From: an uncultured Gemmatimonadales bacterium
GTDB taxonomy: Bacteria > Gemmatimonadota > Gemmatimonadetes > Gemmatimonadales > GWC2-71-9
DNA: 64,000 bases
Reading direction: 5' to 3'
Assembly (NCBI GenBank): GCA_963779755.1
Contig: CAVZZO010000001.1
Span: forward strand, 1-64,000
Shown: positions 42,031-51,775 of the stretch, piece by piece
Layout: every line of letters starts with the position of its first letter
Position numbering within the stretch: position 1 is the first letter of the stretch
Notes under the pieces: generated by a model
The model's input: the letters and a program-made list of their open reading frames with translations, nothing else
Told to the model about the DNA's origin: nothing
Databases searched by the model: none
Translations under genes and position numbers: made by a program

Positions 42031-43497
42031 TCAGTCCGACCGGACTGCGGCCCGCGCCAGATCGAGCAATCCCCAGTACGGCACGGGATAGCCCCGCGCC
42101 CGCGCCAGGCTGTCGGCCTCGACGCCGACCCGCGCGGCCAGCCGGCGCTCCCGCTCCGAGAACGCGCTGTTCCTGAGTGCCGCGGTGGCGCTCATCCCCT
42201 CCGGTACCGGGCCGGTCCGGCCAAACCGCTCCCTGATCCAGCTGTACCCCTTCGCCAGCCGGGCCGGCGGCAGCTGGTACCACGGGTAGGCCAGTTGGTC
42301 TCCCCGTTCGGCACCTTCCAGCATGGCATCGATCACCGCATTGTCGATATGGTCCTGCCGCAGGGTGGCCGGATCGCGCCACTCCGCCACCACCACCAGC
42401 TGGGGATCGTACTCCAGATCGCTGGGTTCCTGGGTCTCGAAATGACGCACGCCGAAGGACGCCAGCCAGCGGCGGAGCCCCGGCCTGGAGATGGTGGAGA
42501 TGCCGGTCCACAGGGTAATGCCCAGCTCGCGATACGCCGCCGATGCCACCTCGGAGCAGAACAGCTTCGCGGGATCGGTGTAGTCCATGGCGAAGTCGTA
42601 GGGGATATGCTCCGCCCGGGCGCGCCGGATGGCCAGCGCCGCGGCACGGTGCGGTAACAGCGGGTCGCGCACCAGAGCCGGGAGATCGGCCCGGGGACGC
42701 AGCACCATGATGCGGAGCTTCTTGTCGGCCAGGTACTGGTCCGCGGTGGATACGGCGACCCCGCGCTCGATGTGCGCTTCGATCGTGAACGGCTGGAGGG
42801 TGGCGCTGTCCACATACACCAGCGCCACATGGGAAAAGTTGCCGGGATAGTCGTTGCCTCGCGCGATCAGTGCCGAGGTGGGATATCCCCCCCGGGAGAC
42901 CAGCATGTCGCCCGAATGAATCTCCACGCCAGCGATGGTGGCAGCCGGGGTGCGCGACGGTTCCGCCCGCCCCGCCAGCAGGACCGGCGCCTGCTCGGGA
43001 TGCTGCAGCATGGCCTCTTCCACCGCCGCACGGAATCCATACAGCGATCGATACAGCCGCTCCCGGACCGCCGGGGACTGCACATCCCACCGGCGCGACT
43101 GCCACTTGATGTCCTGCCGCAGCCGGCCGGAGAGCGCGACATATTGACGCAACCCATCGGGACAGGCCGCGGCGTACGGCCCCAGCTCGAAGAACTCCTG
43201 TTCGACCGAGTCGAGCACCGGTGCGCTCACCGCCACCGGCACGCTGTCGAGCCGGCTCGCCAGCCGATCCAGCATCGCGGCGAGTTGCCGGCCAGTGGTG
43301 TCGGGGCCGGCGCATCCGCGGGCGCGCAGCCGCGCGTAGGTCTGCTCCAGCGACCGCCAGTAGGCGTCGCGGTTCCACGCGAACCCCGTGGCTCCGGCCT
43401 CCGCCACCGGCAGGCGGGGCTCGCGGTCGGGCAGCGACAGGAGCGCCCCGGCGATCACAAGGCCGGAAAGAACACCGGCCACAATTCTGGCGGACAT
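42031..43497 (-). CDS. Permuted papain-like NlpC/P60 (YiiX/YebB) enzyme
   Basis: GDMLVSRG, FSHVAL, PYDF, LFCSE (His before Cys). Confidence 0.8.
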   Translation of the reverse strand: MSARIVAGVLSGLVIAGALLSLPDREPRLPVAEAGATGFAWNRDAYWRSLEQTYARLRARGCAGPDTTGRQLAAMLDRLASRLDSVPVAVSAPVLDSVEQEFFELGPYAAACPDGLRQYVALSGRLRQDIKWQSRRWDVQSPAVRERLYRSLYGFRAAVEEAMLQHPEQAPVLLAGRAEPSRTPAATIAGVEIHSGDMLVSRGGYPTSALIARGNDYPGNFSHVALVYVDSATLQPFTIEAHIERGVAVSTADQYLADKKLRIMVLRPRADLPALVRDPLLPHRAAALAIRRARAEHIPYDFAMDYTDPAKLFCSEVASAAYRELGITLWTGISTISRPGLRRWLASFGVRHFETQEPSDLEYDPQLVVVAEWRDPATLRQDHIDNAVIDAMLEGAERGDQLAYPWYQLPPARLAKGYSWIRERFGRTGPVPEGMSATAALRNSAFSERERRLAARVGVEADSLARARGYPVPYWGLLDLARAAVRSD

Positions 43498-43670
43498 CGG
43501 GAGGGAAATATACCGCGCGCCCGGCCGCCCGGCCCAATGGCTCGGCACCCTGCCGCCACCGCGGTAGTCCCGGCTCTGGCGTCGGGGTTCCGACCTCGCC
43601 ACCTTCCTGAAGGCAGGTTCCGGGAGGGGCACGGCCCCTCCTTCCTGATTCCTGATTCCCGATCCTCATC

Positions 43671-44399
43671 ATGAACGGCAAGTCTCTTATCGCGGCCGCG
43701 CTGGTCGGCGCCGGTGTCGCACTCGGCGGCTGGTTCATCGGCCACGGCTTTGTCAGCGCCCGCTCGGGCGACCGCTATGTCACGGTCAAGGGGGTCTCCG
43801 AACGGGAAGTGCAGGCCGATCTGGCCCTCTGGCCTCTGCGGGTGATCGCCACCGACGACGACCTCACCCGGGCGCAGTCCCGGGTGGCGCAGCAGATCGG
43901 CCAGATCCGGGACTTCCTGGTGCGCCAGGGGGTGGACACCTCGGGCACCGAGATGCAGAACCTCGAGGTGACCGACGTACGGGCCAATCCCTATCGTGAT
44001 GCGCCGGTTACCAGCCGCTACATCGTCGCCCAGACGCTGATGGTCCGCTCCAGCGATCCGGGCAAGGTGGCGGCGGCGAGCCAGCACGTGGGCGACCTGG
44101 TGCAGGCGGGCGTAGTGCTCTCCTCCGAGGGGGGCATGAACGCCAACGGCCCCACCTTCCTCTTTACCCGCCTCAACGACTTCAAGCCCGCCATGATCGC
44201 CGAGGCCACGGCCGCCGCCCGCGAGGCCGCGGCCAAGTTCGCCGCCGACTCGAAGAGCCGCCTGGGGGGTATTCGTCAGGCCAACCAGGGGGTGTTCGTG
44301 ATTCTGCCGCGGGACCAGGCCCCCGGCATCCAGGAGGAGAGTCAGCTGCACAAGATCGTGCGGGTGGTGTCCACGGTGGACTATTACCTGAGGGATTGA
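43671..44399 (+). CDS. SIMPL (DUF541) domain protein
   Basis: RYVTVKGVSEREVQAD, A..FAADS..LG.IR.ANQG, K.VRVV.TV.Y. Confidence 0.88.
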   Translation: MNGKSLIAAALVGAGVALGGWFIGHGFVSARSGDRYVTVKGVSEREVQADLALWPLRVIATDDDLTRAQSRVAQQIGQIRDFLVRQGVDTSGTEMQNLEVTDVRANPYRDAPVTSRYIVAQTLMVRSSDPGKVAAASQHVGDLVQAGVVLSSEGGMNANGPTFLFTRLNDFKPAMIAEATAAAREAAAKFAADSKSRLGGIRQANQGVFVILPRDQAPGIQEESQLHKIVRVVSTVDYYLRD

Positions 44400-44464
44400 G
44401 AGCGGAGAAATCAGGAATCAGGGGCCCCCTTCCCACCGGGCGTACCACGCTGCATACTCTCCGC

Positions 44465-45253
44465 ATGAGACCCCGGTTCTTACCGTTTCATCTGGTCCTG
44501 TCGGTCTGCCTGGCGTCCGCGGCGGCGGCGGCGCAGGACGCCGCGGAACTCGGCCCCCACAAGTATCTTGCACCGGACAGCGCGCAACTTGCCGCTTCCG
44601 CCACCCGTTCGTCGCTTTCCTTCTGGCATGTGAGCACCAACGGGAGCAGCGAGACCACCGTCTTTGTCCGGAACAACGCCGCCCGTCCCATCCGCATCCT
44701 CTGGTACGAGATCAGAGACTGCATCAACATCCCCCGTAAGGCCTGCGGCCGTCACGCTCCCGGTCCCCTGATCAAACCGGGGAAGACCGCGAAGCTGGTG
44801 GTGGTGCATCAGGAGCGGAATACGGAAGGATGGAGTTACACCTATCAGTTCCAGTCCGATTGGGCCGACAGGCCCGCCGCCCGGCCGTCACCCGGCGATC
44901 TCCCACTGCTGCTCGATGACCCCGCCTGCAACGGCCGTCCGGTGGACACGGCTACCATTTACGACCCCGGCGAGCTGGACGCCCCGCTGCGCCTGCTGAC
45001 GGTGAAAGAGGTGGATGCGCTCGCGGTCCCCGATCCTGGCCGGCAGGCGAGCGCCCTGCTGGTGTTTGTGGTCGGAAAGGACGGCAGGGTAGAACCGTGC
45101 TCCGTGCGGGTGCTGGACCAGACCTCACCCGCGTGGGGACAGGCCAGCGTCCGGGCGCTGGGCGGCGAGCAGTTCAGCATCCCCGAACGCAAGGGTCAGC
45201 CGGTGCGGACCCAGCGCTCGCAGCGGTTCAGTTATCGCCAGGCAAAACCGTGA
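44465..45253 (+). CDS. Secreted protein with TonB C-terminal-like domain
   Basis: Signal peptide; FVVGKDGRVE..F.P...GQPV. Confidence 0.6.
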   Translation: MRPRFLPFHLVLSVCLASAAAAAQDAAELGPHKYLAPDSAQLAASATRSSLSFWHVSTNGSSETTVFVRNNAARPIRILWYEIRDCINIPRKACGRHAPGPLIKPGKTAKLVVVHQERNTEGWSYTYQFQSDWADRPAARPSPGDLPLLLDDPACNGRPVDTATIYDPGELDAPLRLLTVKEVDALAVPDPGRQASALLVFVVGKDGRVEPCSVRVLDQTSPAWGQASVRALGGEQFSIPERKGQPVRTQRSQRFSYRQAKP

Positions 45254-45389
45254 GCCGTCCGGCTGTGTGATCTCCGTCATACTCGGCCGGCGCGGGAACC
45301 CGGACTTTTCGTTACACGCACAGTCGCGGGACCGGGCCCCGACGCGTTGGAGGCTGCTCCCGGTCAACCTCTTGCACTGAGGCAGAGAC

Positions 45390-45599
45390 ATGCCGGCGAA
45401 AAAGTCCAGCTCCGGGCGGAAGTACGGTAAGGCGGCAAAGAAGAGCGTCAAGCGCGCGATGACCAAGCGCAAGCACGGCACACTGCGGTCGGGGAAAGGC
45501 GGAAAGGGCGGAAAGGTAAAAAGCAGGAAGCAGGCGGTGGCGATCGGCCTGAGCGAGGCCCGCAAGAAGGGCGCAAAGGTCCCACGGAAGAAGAAGTAG
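45390..45599 (+). CDS. Small highly basic protein (DUF6496-like)
   Basis: GTLRSG..KVKSRKQAVAIGLSEARKKG. Confidence 0.8.
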   Translation: MPAKKSSSGRKYGKAAKKSVKRAMTKRKHGTLRSGKGGKGGKVKSRKQAVAIGLSEARKKGAKVPRKKK

Positions 45600-45601
45600 C
45601 C

Positions 45602-45985
45602 CTAGCGGTTCTTCTCGGCCGCGCGGCGCACCGCCAGCTCCAGATGGCTCATATCGGCGGGCTTGATGAGAAAATTCTCCGCCCCGCGCTGCATCGCCTT
45701 GAGCGCGGTTCCGAAATCGCCGTGAGCGGTCAGGATGATGACCACGGCAGAGCGCCGGCGCAGCTCCTCCAGGACTTCCATGCCCGTCATGCCCGGCAGC
45801 TGCATGTCCAGCACCACCACGTCCGGCTTGGTCTCGTCGTAACGGGTCAGCCCGTCCGTCCCCGATTCGGCCTGTCCGGTTTCGTAGCCCAGCACGCCGA
45901 AATGCGCGCTCATGAGCTTGAGCATGTCGGGATCATCATCGATGAACAGGACCCGGTAATCGACGGACTCGGAATCTGGCGCCAT
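45602..45985 (-). CDS. Stand-alone response regulator receiver
   Basis: VLFIDDD, VVLDMQLPG, LTAHG, FLIKP. Confidence 0.85.
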   Translation of the reverse strand: MAPDSESVDYRVLFIDDDPDMLKLMSAHFGVLGYETGQAESGTDGLTRYDETKPDVVVLDMQLPGMTGMEVLEELRRRSAVVIILTAHGDFGTALKAMQRGAENFLIKPADMSHLELAVRRAAEKNR

Positions 45986-46187
45986 GGCTCGGTTCAGGTC
46001 GGGGAACTCCCTAATATTGCCCGGAATGGCGGCCCTTGGCGAGGCCGGTGGGCTTTCTCGTTGGTCAGGGGGGTAGATTGCGAGGGTCCGCACCGCCTCC
46101 CTGCCGGCGGCGACCCGCAGACACCCGGGACGGTCGACTGCCGGGTGTTCATCTCGCCGTACATTCATGGTAGCCAGCACCGGACCT

Positions 46188-46652
46188 ATGAGTTCAACTC
46201 GCATCCGTCGTCATATCAAGGCCCCGCGTAGCACCGTATACGGAGCCCTCCTCGATCCCACCGCTGTGGCGCGGTGGAAGGTCCCCGACGGCATGACGGC
46301 CCGGATCCACGAATTCGACGCCCGCGAGGGTGGCAAAATCCGCATCTCGCTGACTTACGACGACAGGACGCGAACCGGCAAGACCGGCGCCCAGACGGAC
46401 ACTTACTACGGCCGCTTTGTCAGGCTCATCCCCAACCAGCAGGTGGTAGAGATAGATGAGTTCGAGACGGCGGAGCCGTCCTTGCGCGGTGAGATGCGCA
46501 TTACCATCAGCCTCTCCGACGCCGAAGGTGGCACCGATCTGGTCGCAGTCCACGAGGGTCTGCCCGACGGGGTATCGGGCGCGGATAACGAAACGGGTTG
46601 GAAGATGGCTTTGGCCAAACTGGCCACTCTGGTCGAAACGGGTGCCGCCTGA
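46188..46652 (+). CDS. SRPBCC/AHSA1 family protein
   Basis: IKAPRSTVY.ALLDP..W; NETGW..AL.KL. Confidence 0.85.
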   Translation: MSSTRIRRHIKAPRSTVYGALLDPTAVARWKVPDGMTARIHEFDAREGGKIRISLTYDDRTRTGKTGAQTDTYYGRFVRLIPNQQVVEIDEFETAEPSLRGEMRITISLSDAEGGTDLVAVHEGLPDGVSGADNETGWKMALAKLATLVETGAA

Positions 46653-46819
46653 CGCGCACTTTCGTCAGACCGCCTCCGGGACCGCAGGAGCGCACACGTA
46701 GCCGGCTGAGCCCGGATGACATGGACGCCATTGCGACGTTGGATACCGGGACCAGTAGCTTCTTTGACCATCGTGACACTGCCCTGACGGCACCGGCTTT
46801 CCCTCTATCCCGGACTCTC

Positions 46820-47587
46820 ATGCGCTGCGCCACCGCCCTGCTTGCCCTGTCTCTCAGCCTGGCTCCCGCCATGATGCATGCCCAGCAGCACCAGTGGCCG
46901 GTTCACTCCATGGACCGGCCCCGCCCCCCCGTGGTCGATCCCGGACCACCGCACCCTCCGGCACCCGCCCCCGGCGACGCCACTGTGCTGTTCAATGGTT
47001 CCGGTCTCTCGCGCTGGGAATCTGCCGACAGCAACGGCGGCCCGGCGCGCTGGACCGTCAGAGACGGGTACCTCGAGATCGCGCCCGGCACCGGAGCCAT
47101 CCGGACGAAACAGGCCTTTCGCGACGTGCAGCTCCACCTCGAGTGGGCCGCCCCGACGCCGCCCCGCGGAGAAAGTCAGGAACGGGGCAACAGCGGCGTC
47201 TTCCTCATGACCCACTATGAAGTCCAGGTGCTCGATTCCTGGCACAACGATACCTACCCCGATGGGCAGGCCGCGGCGATCTACGGCCAGTACCCGCCGC
47301 TGGTGAACGCCAGCCGCCCGCCCGGCGAATGGCAGACCTACGACATCATCTTTCACGCGCCGACCTTCGACGCATCCGGCAACGTCGTGGACTCCACCCG
47401 GATGACCGTGTTCCACAACGGGATCCTGGTGCAGGACAACCGGAGGCTGGAGGGCTGGACCGTGCACGGCCGCCGCGCGACCTACCAGCCCCACCCCGAC
47501 CGGCTGCCGCTGCTGCTGCAGGACCACGGGAACAAGGTGCGGTACCGGAATATCTGGATCAGAGAGCTGACAAGGAGTGAGGACTGA
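46820..47587 (+). CDS. DUF1080 (3-keto-disaccharide hydrolase family) protein
   Basis: LFNG..W, GNSGVF, YEVQVLDS, GEWQTYDI, LQDHG..YRNIWIR. Confidence 0.9.
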   Translation: MRCATALLALSLSLAPAMMHAQQHQWPVHSMDRPRPPVVDPGPPHPPAPAPGDATVLFNGSGLSRWESADSNGGPARWTVRDGYLEIAPGTGAIRTKQAFRDVQLHLEWAAPTPPRGESQERGNSGVFLMTHYEVQVLDSWHNDTYPDGQAAAIYGQYPPLVNASRPPGEWQTYDIIFHAPTFDASGNVVDSTRMTVFHNGILVQDNRRLEGWTVHGRRATYQPHPDRLPLLLQDHGNKVRYRNIWIRELTRSED

Positions 47588-47644
47588 GGACTGAGGACTG
47601 AGGACTGAGGACTGAGGACTGAGGACTGAGGACTGAGGACTGAG
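47578..47644 (+). repeat. (GAGGACT)n heptamer tract, about 9 units, containing the stop codon
   Basis: Directly visible tandem repeat. Confidence 0.95.
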
Positions 47645-47886
47645 CGGAAGCTACGCTACCCGCCGAAGCCGATGGGTCCCGCGGCGCGCGTCGGTGCCGA
47701 CGCAGCACGGGGGGCCCTCGATGCACAAGCACCGTCAGGGCGCGAAGGGACCCTCGGCCAGGGCGGCCGCCGTGAGAAGGAATGAGCAAAGCCGGTGCAG
47801 CCGCCCGGAGCGCGCCGCTGAGAGTACCTCGCCGCTACCTCCCCTGATTCCTCCAGGCGCCGTCCGGATGGATTAGTCTTCAGCCC

Positions 47887-48516
47887 ATGCGTGCGCTCGT
47901 CGCCGGAGGAACCGGACTGGTCGGCACCGAGCTGCTCCGGCAGCTGGCCGGACACGACCACTTCTCTCACATCACCGCACTGACCCGGAGACCCTTCGAC
48001 CCTCCGGTTGCAACGGAAAAGCTCCGGCGGGAGCTGGTGGACTTCGAGCGCCTGCGGGAGCACGCCGAGGCTTTCGAGACCGATTGTATCTACTGTGCCC
48101 TGGGCACCACTATCAAACAGGCCGGCTCCCAGGCAGCGTTCCGCCGGGTGGATCATGACTATCCGGTCATCCTGGCCACGATGGGAGCGGGGCACGGTGC
48201 CCGCCATTTCCTGCTGGTCTCCGCGCTGGGCGCAGATCCCCGCTCGCGCATCTTCTACAACCGCGTGAAGGGCGAGATCGAAGCCGCCATTGCGAAGCTC
48301 CCCTATCGCAGCATCTCCATCTTCCGGCCCTCCCTGCTTCTGGGAACGCGCCGGGAATTCCGCCTGGGTGAAGCCATCGCCACGCGACTGGGCTTCCTCA
48401 TGCCGGGCAGGTACCGGCCGATCCACGCACGGGATGTTGCCGCGGCGATGATCCGCGCCGCGGTCGAGGACCGGCCCGGGGTGCGGATCATCGACCGCGC
48501 CTCGATGCGGCCGTAA
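47887..48516 (+). CDS. NAD(P)-binding oxidoreductase (YraR/TIP30-like)
   Basis: GGTGLVG, CALGTT, YNRVKG, RPSLLLG. Confidence 0.88.
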   Translation: MRALVAGGTGLVGTELLRQLAGHDHFSHITALTRRPFDPPVATEKLRRELVDFERLREHAEAFETDCIYCALGTTIKQAGSQAAFRRVDHDYPVILATMGAGHGARHFLLVSALGADPRSRIFYNRVKGEIEAAIAKLPYRSISIFRPSLLLGTRREFRLGEAIATRLGFLMPGRYRPIHARDVAAAMIRAAVEDRPGVRIIDRASMRP

Positions 48517-48523
48517 ATTCCTG

Positions 48524-49369
48524 ATGCGCCCTCTCCTGTTCGTCCCGCTGATCGGGCTGGCCGCCTGCCATGGCTCCGAGCCGCCGCCGGCGGGCCTGGC
48601 ACGCTCGGCGCTCTCCCAGCCCGGCGTCAACTGGGAACATACCCGGCGGCCCGGCCTGCGCATCTACTGGCGGCACAGCTCCTGGGCGGCACGCCTCTCC
48701 GACAGCCTGGCGGTCCGTGCCCGCGAGGCCCGCAGCCACGACCTCGCGCTGCTGGGCGCCAAAGAGTACCACCCGCCCATCGATGTGTTCTACCTCGACA
48801 GCCGCGCCGAGCTGGAGGCGCTGGTGGGCATGCGGGCGACCGGTTTCAGCGACCGCGCCAACCGCACCGTGCTGCTGGTCGCCAACAACGGCTGGCGGCC
48901 GTTCGAGCGGCACGAGATCATGCACGTGCTCAGCTATCAGCTCTGGGGGCCGCCGGCCGACCCGCCGGACTGGATCTCCGAAGGGCTGGCCGTCTTCGCC
49001 GACGGCGATTGCGCCGGCCACCCCATCGATGCCCTGGTGAGCCAGTGGCGGCGTAAAGGAGAACTGTTCCCGCTCGACAGCCTGACCGGCGGGTTCCGCG
49101 CCCTGGGCGATCTCCGCGCCTATCTCCAGGCCGGAAGCTTCATCGGCTGGATCTACAATACCCGGGGGCGCGACGCCGTACGCCAGCTCTGGCAACGCGG
49201 CCCCGCCGTCGCTGCCGACTCGCTGGGGATCTCGCTCGACAGCCTGGACGCTGCCTGGCGACGCGATCTCGCCTCGGAAGGTGTCCAGCCAGGCATCCCA
49301 TCCGTCGAGCTGACGCGAATTCAGGAGCGCGGCTGCGGGATAGAAGCGAGAGGAAAGGAGCAAGGGTAA
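48524..49369 (+). CDS. Gluzincin (peptidase MA-like) lipoprotein
   Basis: LAAC lipobox; HEIMH..WISEGLA. Confidence 0.75.
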   Translation: MRPLLFVPLIGLAACHGSEPPPAGLARSALSQPGVNWEHTRRPGLRIYWRHSSWAARLSDSLAVRAREARSHDLALLGAKEYHPPIDVFYLDSRAELEALVGMRATGFSDRANRTVLLVANNGWRPFERHEIMHVLSYQLWGPPADPPDWISEGLAVFADGDCAGHPIDALVSQWRRKGELFPLDSLTGGFRALGDLRAYLQAGSFIGWIYNTRGRDAVRQLWQRGPAVAADSLGISLDSLDAAWRRDLASEGVQPGIPSVELTRIQERGCGIEARGKEQG

Positions 49370-49431
49370 GGGGTAAGGGGGAGGAAGCTACTCCCCGGAG
49401 CAGGCATCCGTGAGCAGAAGGAATCCGGAGT

Positions 49432-49609
49432 TGATCCGCAGATTACGCAGATTACGCAGACTGTTCCGTCACGCCATAGCGCTCCGAGCTCGACCCGGTC
49501 TCCCACAACACAAGAAGGAGAGGCCTTTCCTGGTGGGAGCCGGCAAACGCTCCATGGAGGGCCGCCCGCATCGGAGCGCTTCTGCGTAATCTGTGTAATC
49601 TGTGGATCA
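49432..49609. repeat. Hairpin with (CGCAGATTA)n arms between convergent genes
   Basis: TGATCCGCAGATTACGCAGATTACGCAGA ... TCTGCGTAATCTGTGTAATCTGTGGATCA; a single arm also occurs at about 53182-53202. Confidence 0.85.
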
Positions 49610-49716
49610 CATCAGCCGACCCGTAGTAACGCCCCCAGGTTCGCAACAGGATCCACGGCCCGCACGCGCGGGAGTCTCCGTGCCCAGAGGACTGAGGCCG
49701 CGACCCGGGAGTCCGC

Positions 49717-51501
49717 TCAAATCGGCGTGACCAGCTCCTGCCTTACTTCGTCTGCCCCGGCGATCTCCCGCTCGATCCGCTCGCCGATGGAACGCACCGC
49801 TTCGAGATCACGGGTGAGGTCGCCGGGAGAGGCCTGGCCGGCCTGCAGCCGCAGCAGGTCGATCCGGAGCGTCTCCAGCGCGGTAACCGCGGCGGCCTCG
49901 CGTTTCGGCTCGCCCCGGGCTCGCGCCTCCATCGCGTCGGCTTGCAGGCGCGCCAGCACCGGCGGCAGATCGAGCAGCTTGCGGCGATGTTCCTCGGGCA
50001 GTCGCTCGAACACCGTTTCCGCCGCCTCCCCGATGGCCAGCACCGTCGGCTCGCCGCCCGCACCGATGGCCAAGGGCCGGCCTATGCCGATCCCGGCCAC
50101 TCGGAAGACCCACCGGCCCAGCCGGCCGGCCACCATCCTGTTCCAGAAAGAGCGACCCCGGCGGAAGTGCATCCAGAGCCACCGGACCGTGGTGGTCGGG
50201 ATAATGACCGCTCCTACCGCGCCCGTGACCGCCAGCCAGCCGGGTACGTCGCTGGCCGCCAGCCAGAGGGCGGCAGCCGTCTTGGCCGCGCCCAGTCCGG
50301 CGCCCACGAGCAGTTCGCGCCGCTCCACGCGGCGGGCGGCCGGATCGGGGCTGGCTTCTTCCTCCTGCTGGCGGGCGTCGCGGAGCAGAGCCGGCCGTAC
50401 GCTGCGATACCCGAACCCCTCGCGCCGCAGTTCCCGGGCCTTGAGCATCATCTGCCCGAAGCGCACCACGCCCAGAGCCGTCATGCACCCGGCGGCGGTA
50501 ACGAAGACATAGCTGGCGATGAAGTCGTTGAACCCGAAGGCCACCCCCCAGACGCCGATGGAGCTCGCCGCCGCGGTCAGGGCCGTGGCGATTTCGTTGC
50601 CCGCGCCGTCGGCCTCTCGAACGAAAGCGCGCACCGGCGCGGGCAACTGGGCCGCGCCACCCTGCGCGGCGCGGATCTCTTCGGCCAGCGCGTCGGCTGA
50701 GGCATACCGGGCGGCCGGGTCCTTGGCCAGGCAGCGGTCAATCGCCCGGGCAAAACGCGGGGGGAGCCGCGGGCTCTGCTCCCCCAGCGGCGGGGCCGGT
50801 TGTACCATGTGCCGCGCCAGCATCCCCCCGACGCTGTCGGAATGGAGGGGAAGTCGTCCGGTGGCGGCATAGAAGGCCGTCACACCCAGCGAGTAGAGAT
50901 CGCTGCGCCCGTCCAGCGGCTCGCCCGCCGCCTGTTCGGGACTCATGTACTGGGGGGTACCCATGACCCGCCCGGTAGGGGCGCCGCCGGCCACCTCCTG
51001 CCAGGCAATGCCAAAGTCGGTCACCATGGCGCGGCCGGTCGCGCTGTCGAGCAGGATGTTGTCGGGCTTCACATCGCGGTGCACCACGCCGCTGGCGTGG
51101 GCATGGCCCAGCGCCCAGGCGGTCTCCTGCACGATCCGCATCAGGTCGCCCGCCGGGAGCGGGCCACCCCGGCGCACCCGCTGTCCCAGCGTCTCGCCGT
51201 CCACCAGCCCCATGACGAAAAAAACCAGCTCTCCCTGCTCCTCCACCGCGTGGATCGGCACGATGTTGGGGTGGGAGAGCCGCGCCGCCGTCCGGGCCTC
51301 GCGCAGGAACCGCTGTCGCAGCTCGGCCTGCTCCGCCAGCACCGGCGGGAGCAGTTTGATCGCCACCAGGCGGTCGAGCGCCACATCCCGGGCCAGGAAG
51401 ACTATGCCCATCCCTCCGCGCCCCAGCTCGCGCTCCAGCGAGTAGCGGCCGGCCACGGCCCGTTGCAAGGCCAGGAATTCGGGCGTCAGCGGTGCGTGCA
51501 T
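49717..51501 (-). CDS. Hanks-type Ser/Thr protein kinase with C-terminal TM helices
   Basis: LGRGGMG, VAIK, HRDVKPDN, DFG, GTPQYMSPE. Confidence 0.95.
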   Translation of the reverse strand: MHAPLTPEFLALQRAVAGRYSLERELGRGGMGIVFLARDVALDRLVAIKLLPPVLAEQAELRQRFLREARTAARLSHPNIVPIHAVEEQGELVFFVMGLVDGETLGQRVRRGGPLPAGDLMRIVQETAWALGHAHASGVVHRDVKPDNILLDSATGRAMVTDFGIAWQEVAGGAPTGRVMGTPQYMSPEQAAGEPLDGRSDLYSLGVTAFYAATGRLPLHSDSVGGMLARHMVQPAPPLGEQSPRLPPRFARAIDRCLAKDPAARYASADALAEEIRAAQGGAAQLPAPVRAFVREADGAGNEIATALTAAASSIGVWGVAFGFNDFIASYVFVTAAGCMTALGVVRFGQMMLKARELRREGFGYRSVRPALLRDARQQEEEASPDPAARRVERRELLVGAGLGAAKTAAALWLAASDVPGWLAVTGAVGAVIIPTTTVRWLWMHFRRGRSFWNRMVAGRLGRWVFRVAGIGIGRPLAIGAGGEPTVLAIGEAAETVFERLPEEHRRKLLDLPPVLARLQADAMEARARGEPKREAAAVTALETLRIDLLRLQAGQASPGDLTRDLEAVRSIGERIEREIAGADEVRQELVTPI

Positions 51502-51775
51502 GGCTCTACATTGAAGACTAGGCCCGCCGGGGACAAGTCGCCGCCCGCGGGCCGGCTGGTGCAGCCTACGCATCCAGACGATCAGCGGTTTCCCTTTGTT
51601 CCGCTCTCGCAGGTTTGGAAGGAGCGGCCCCCAGCCGGCCCGCACCGCGGCCGGGGCAACCGGGCTGGCGCTGGGCGCGCGGGTGGAGATCGAGTGCGTA
51701 GCAGCACGGTGAGCGAGAAGCGGGTACCCGTCTGTCCCGCTTACTGCTCACCGCTCACCGCTTACCGCTCACCGC

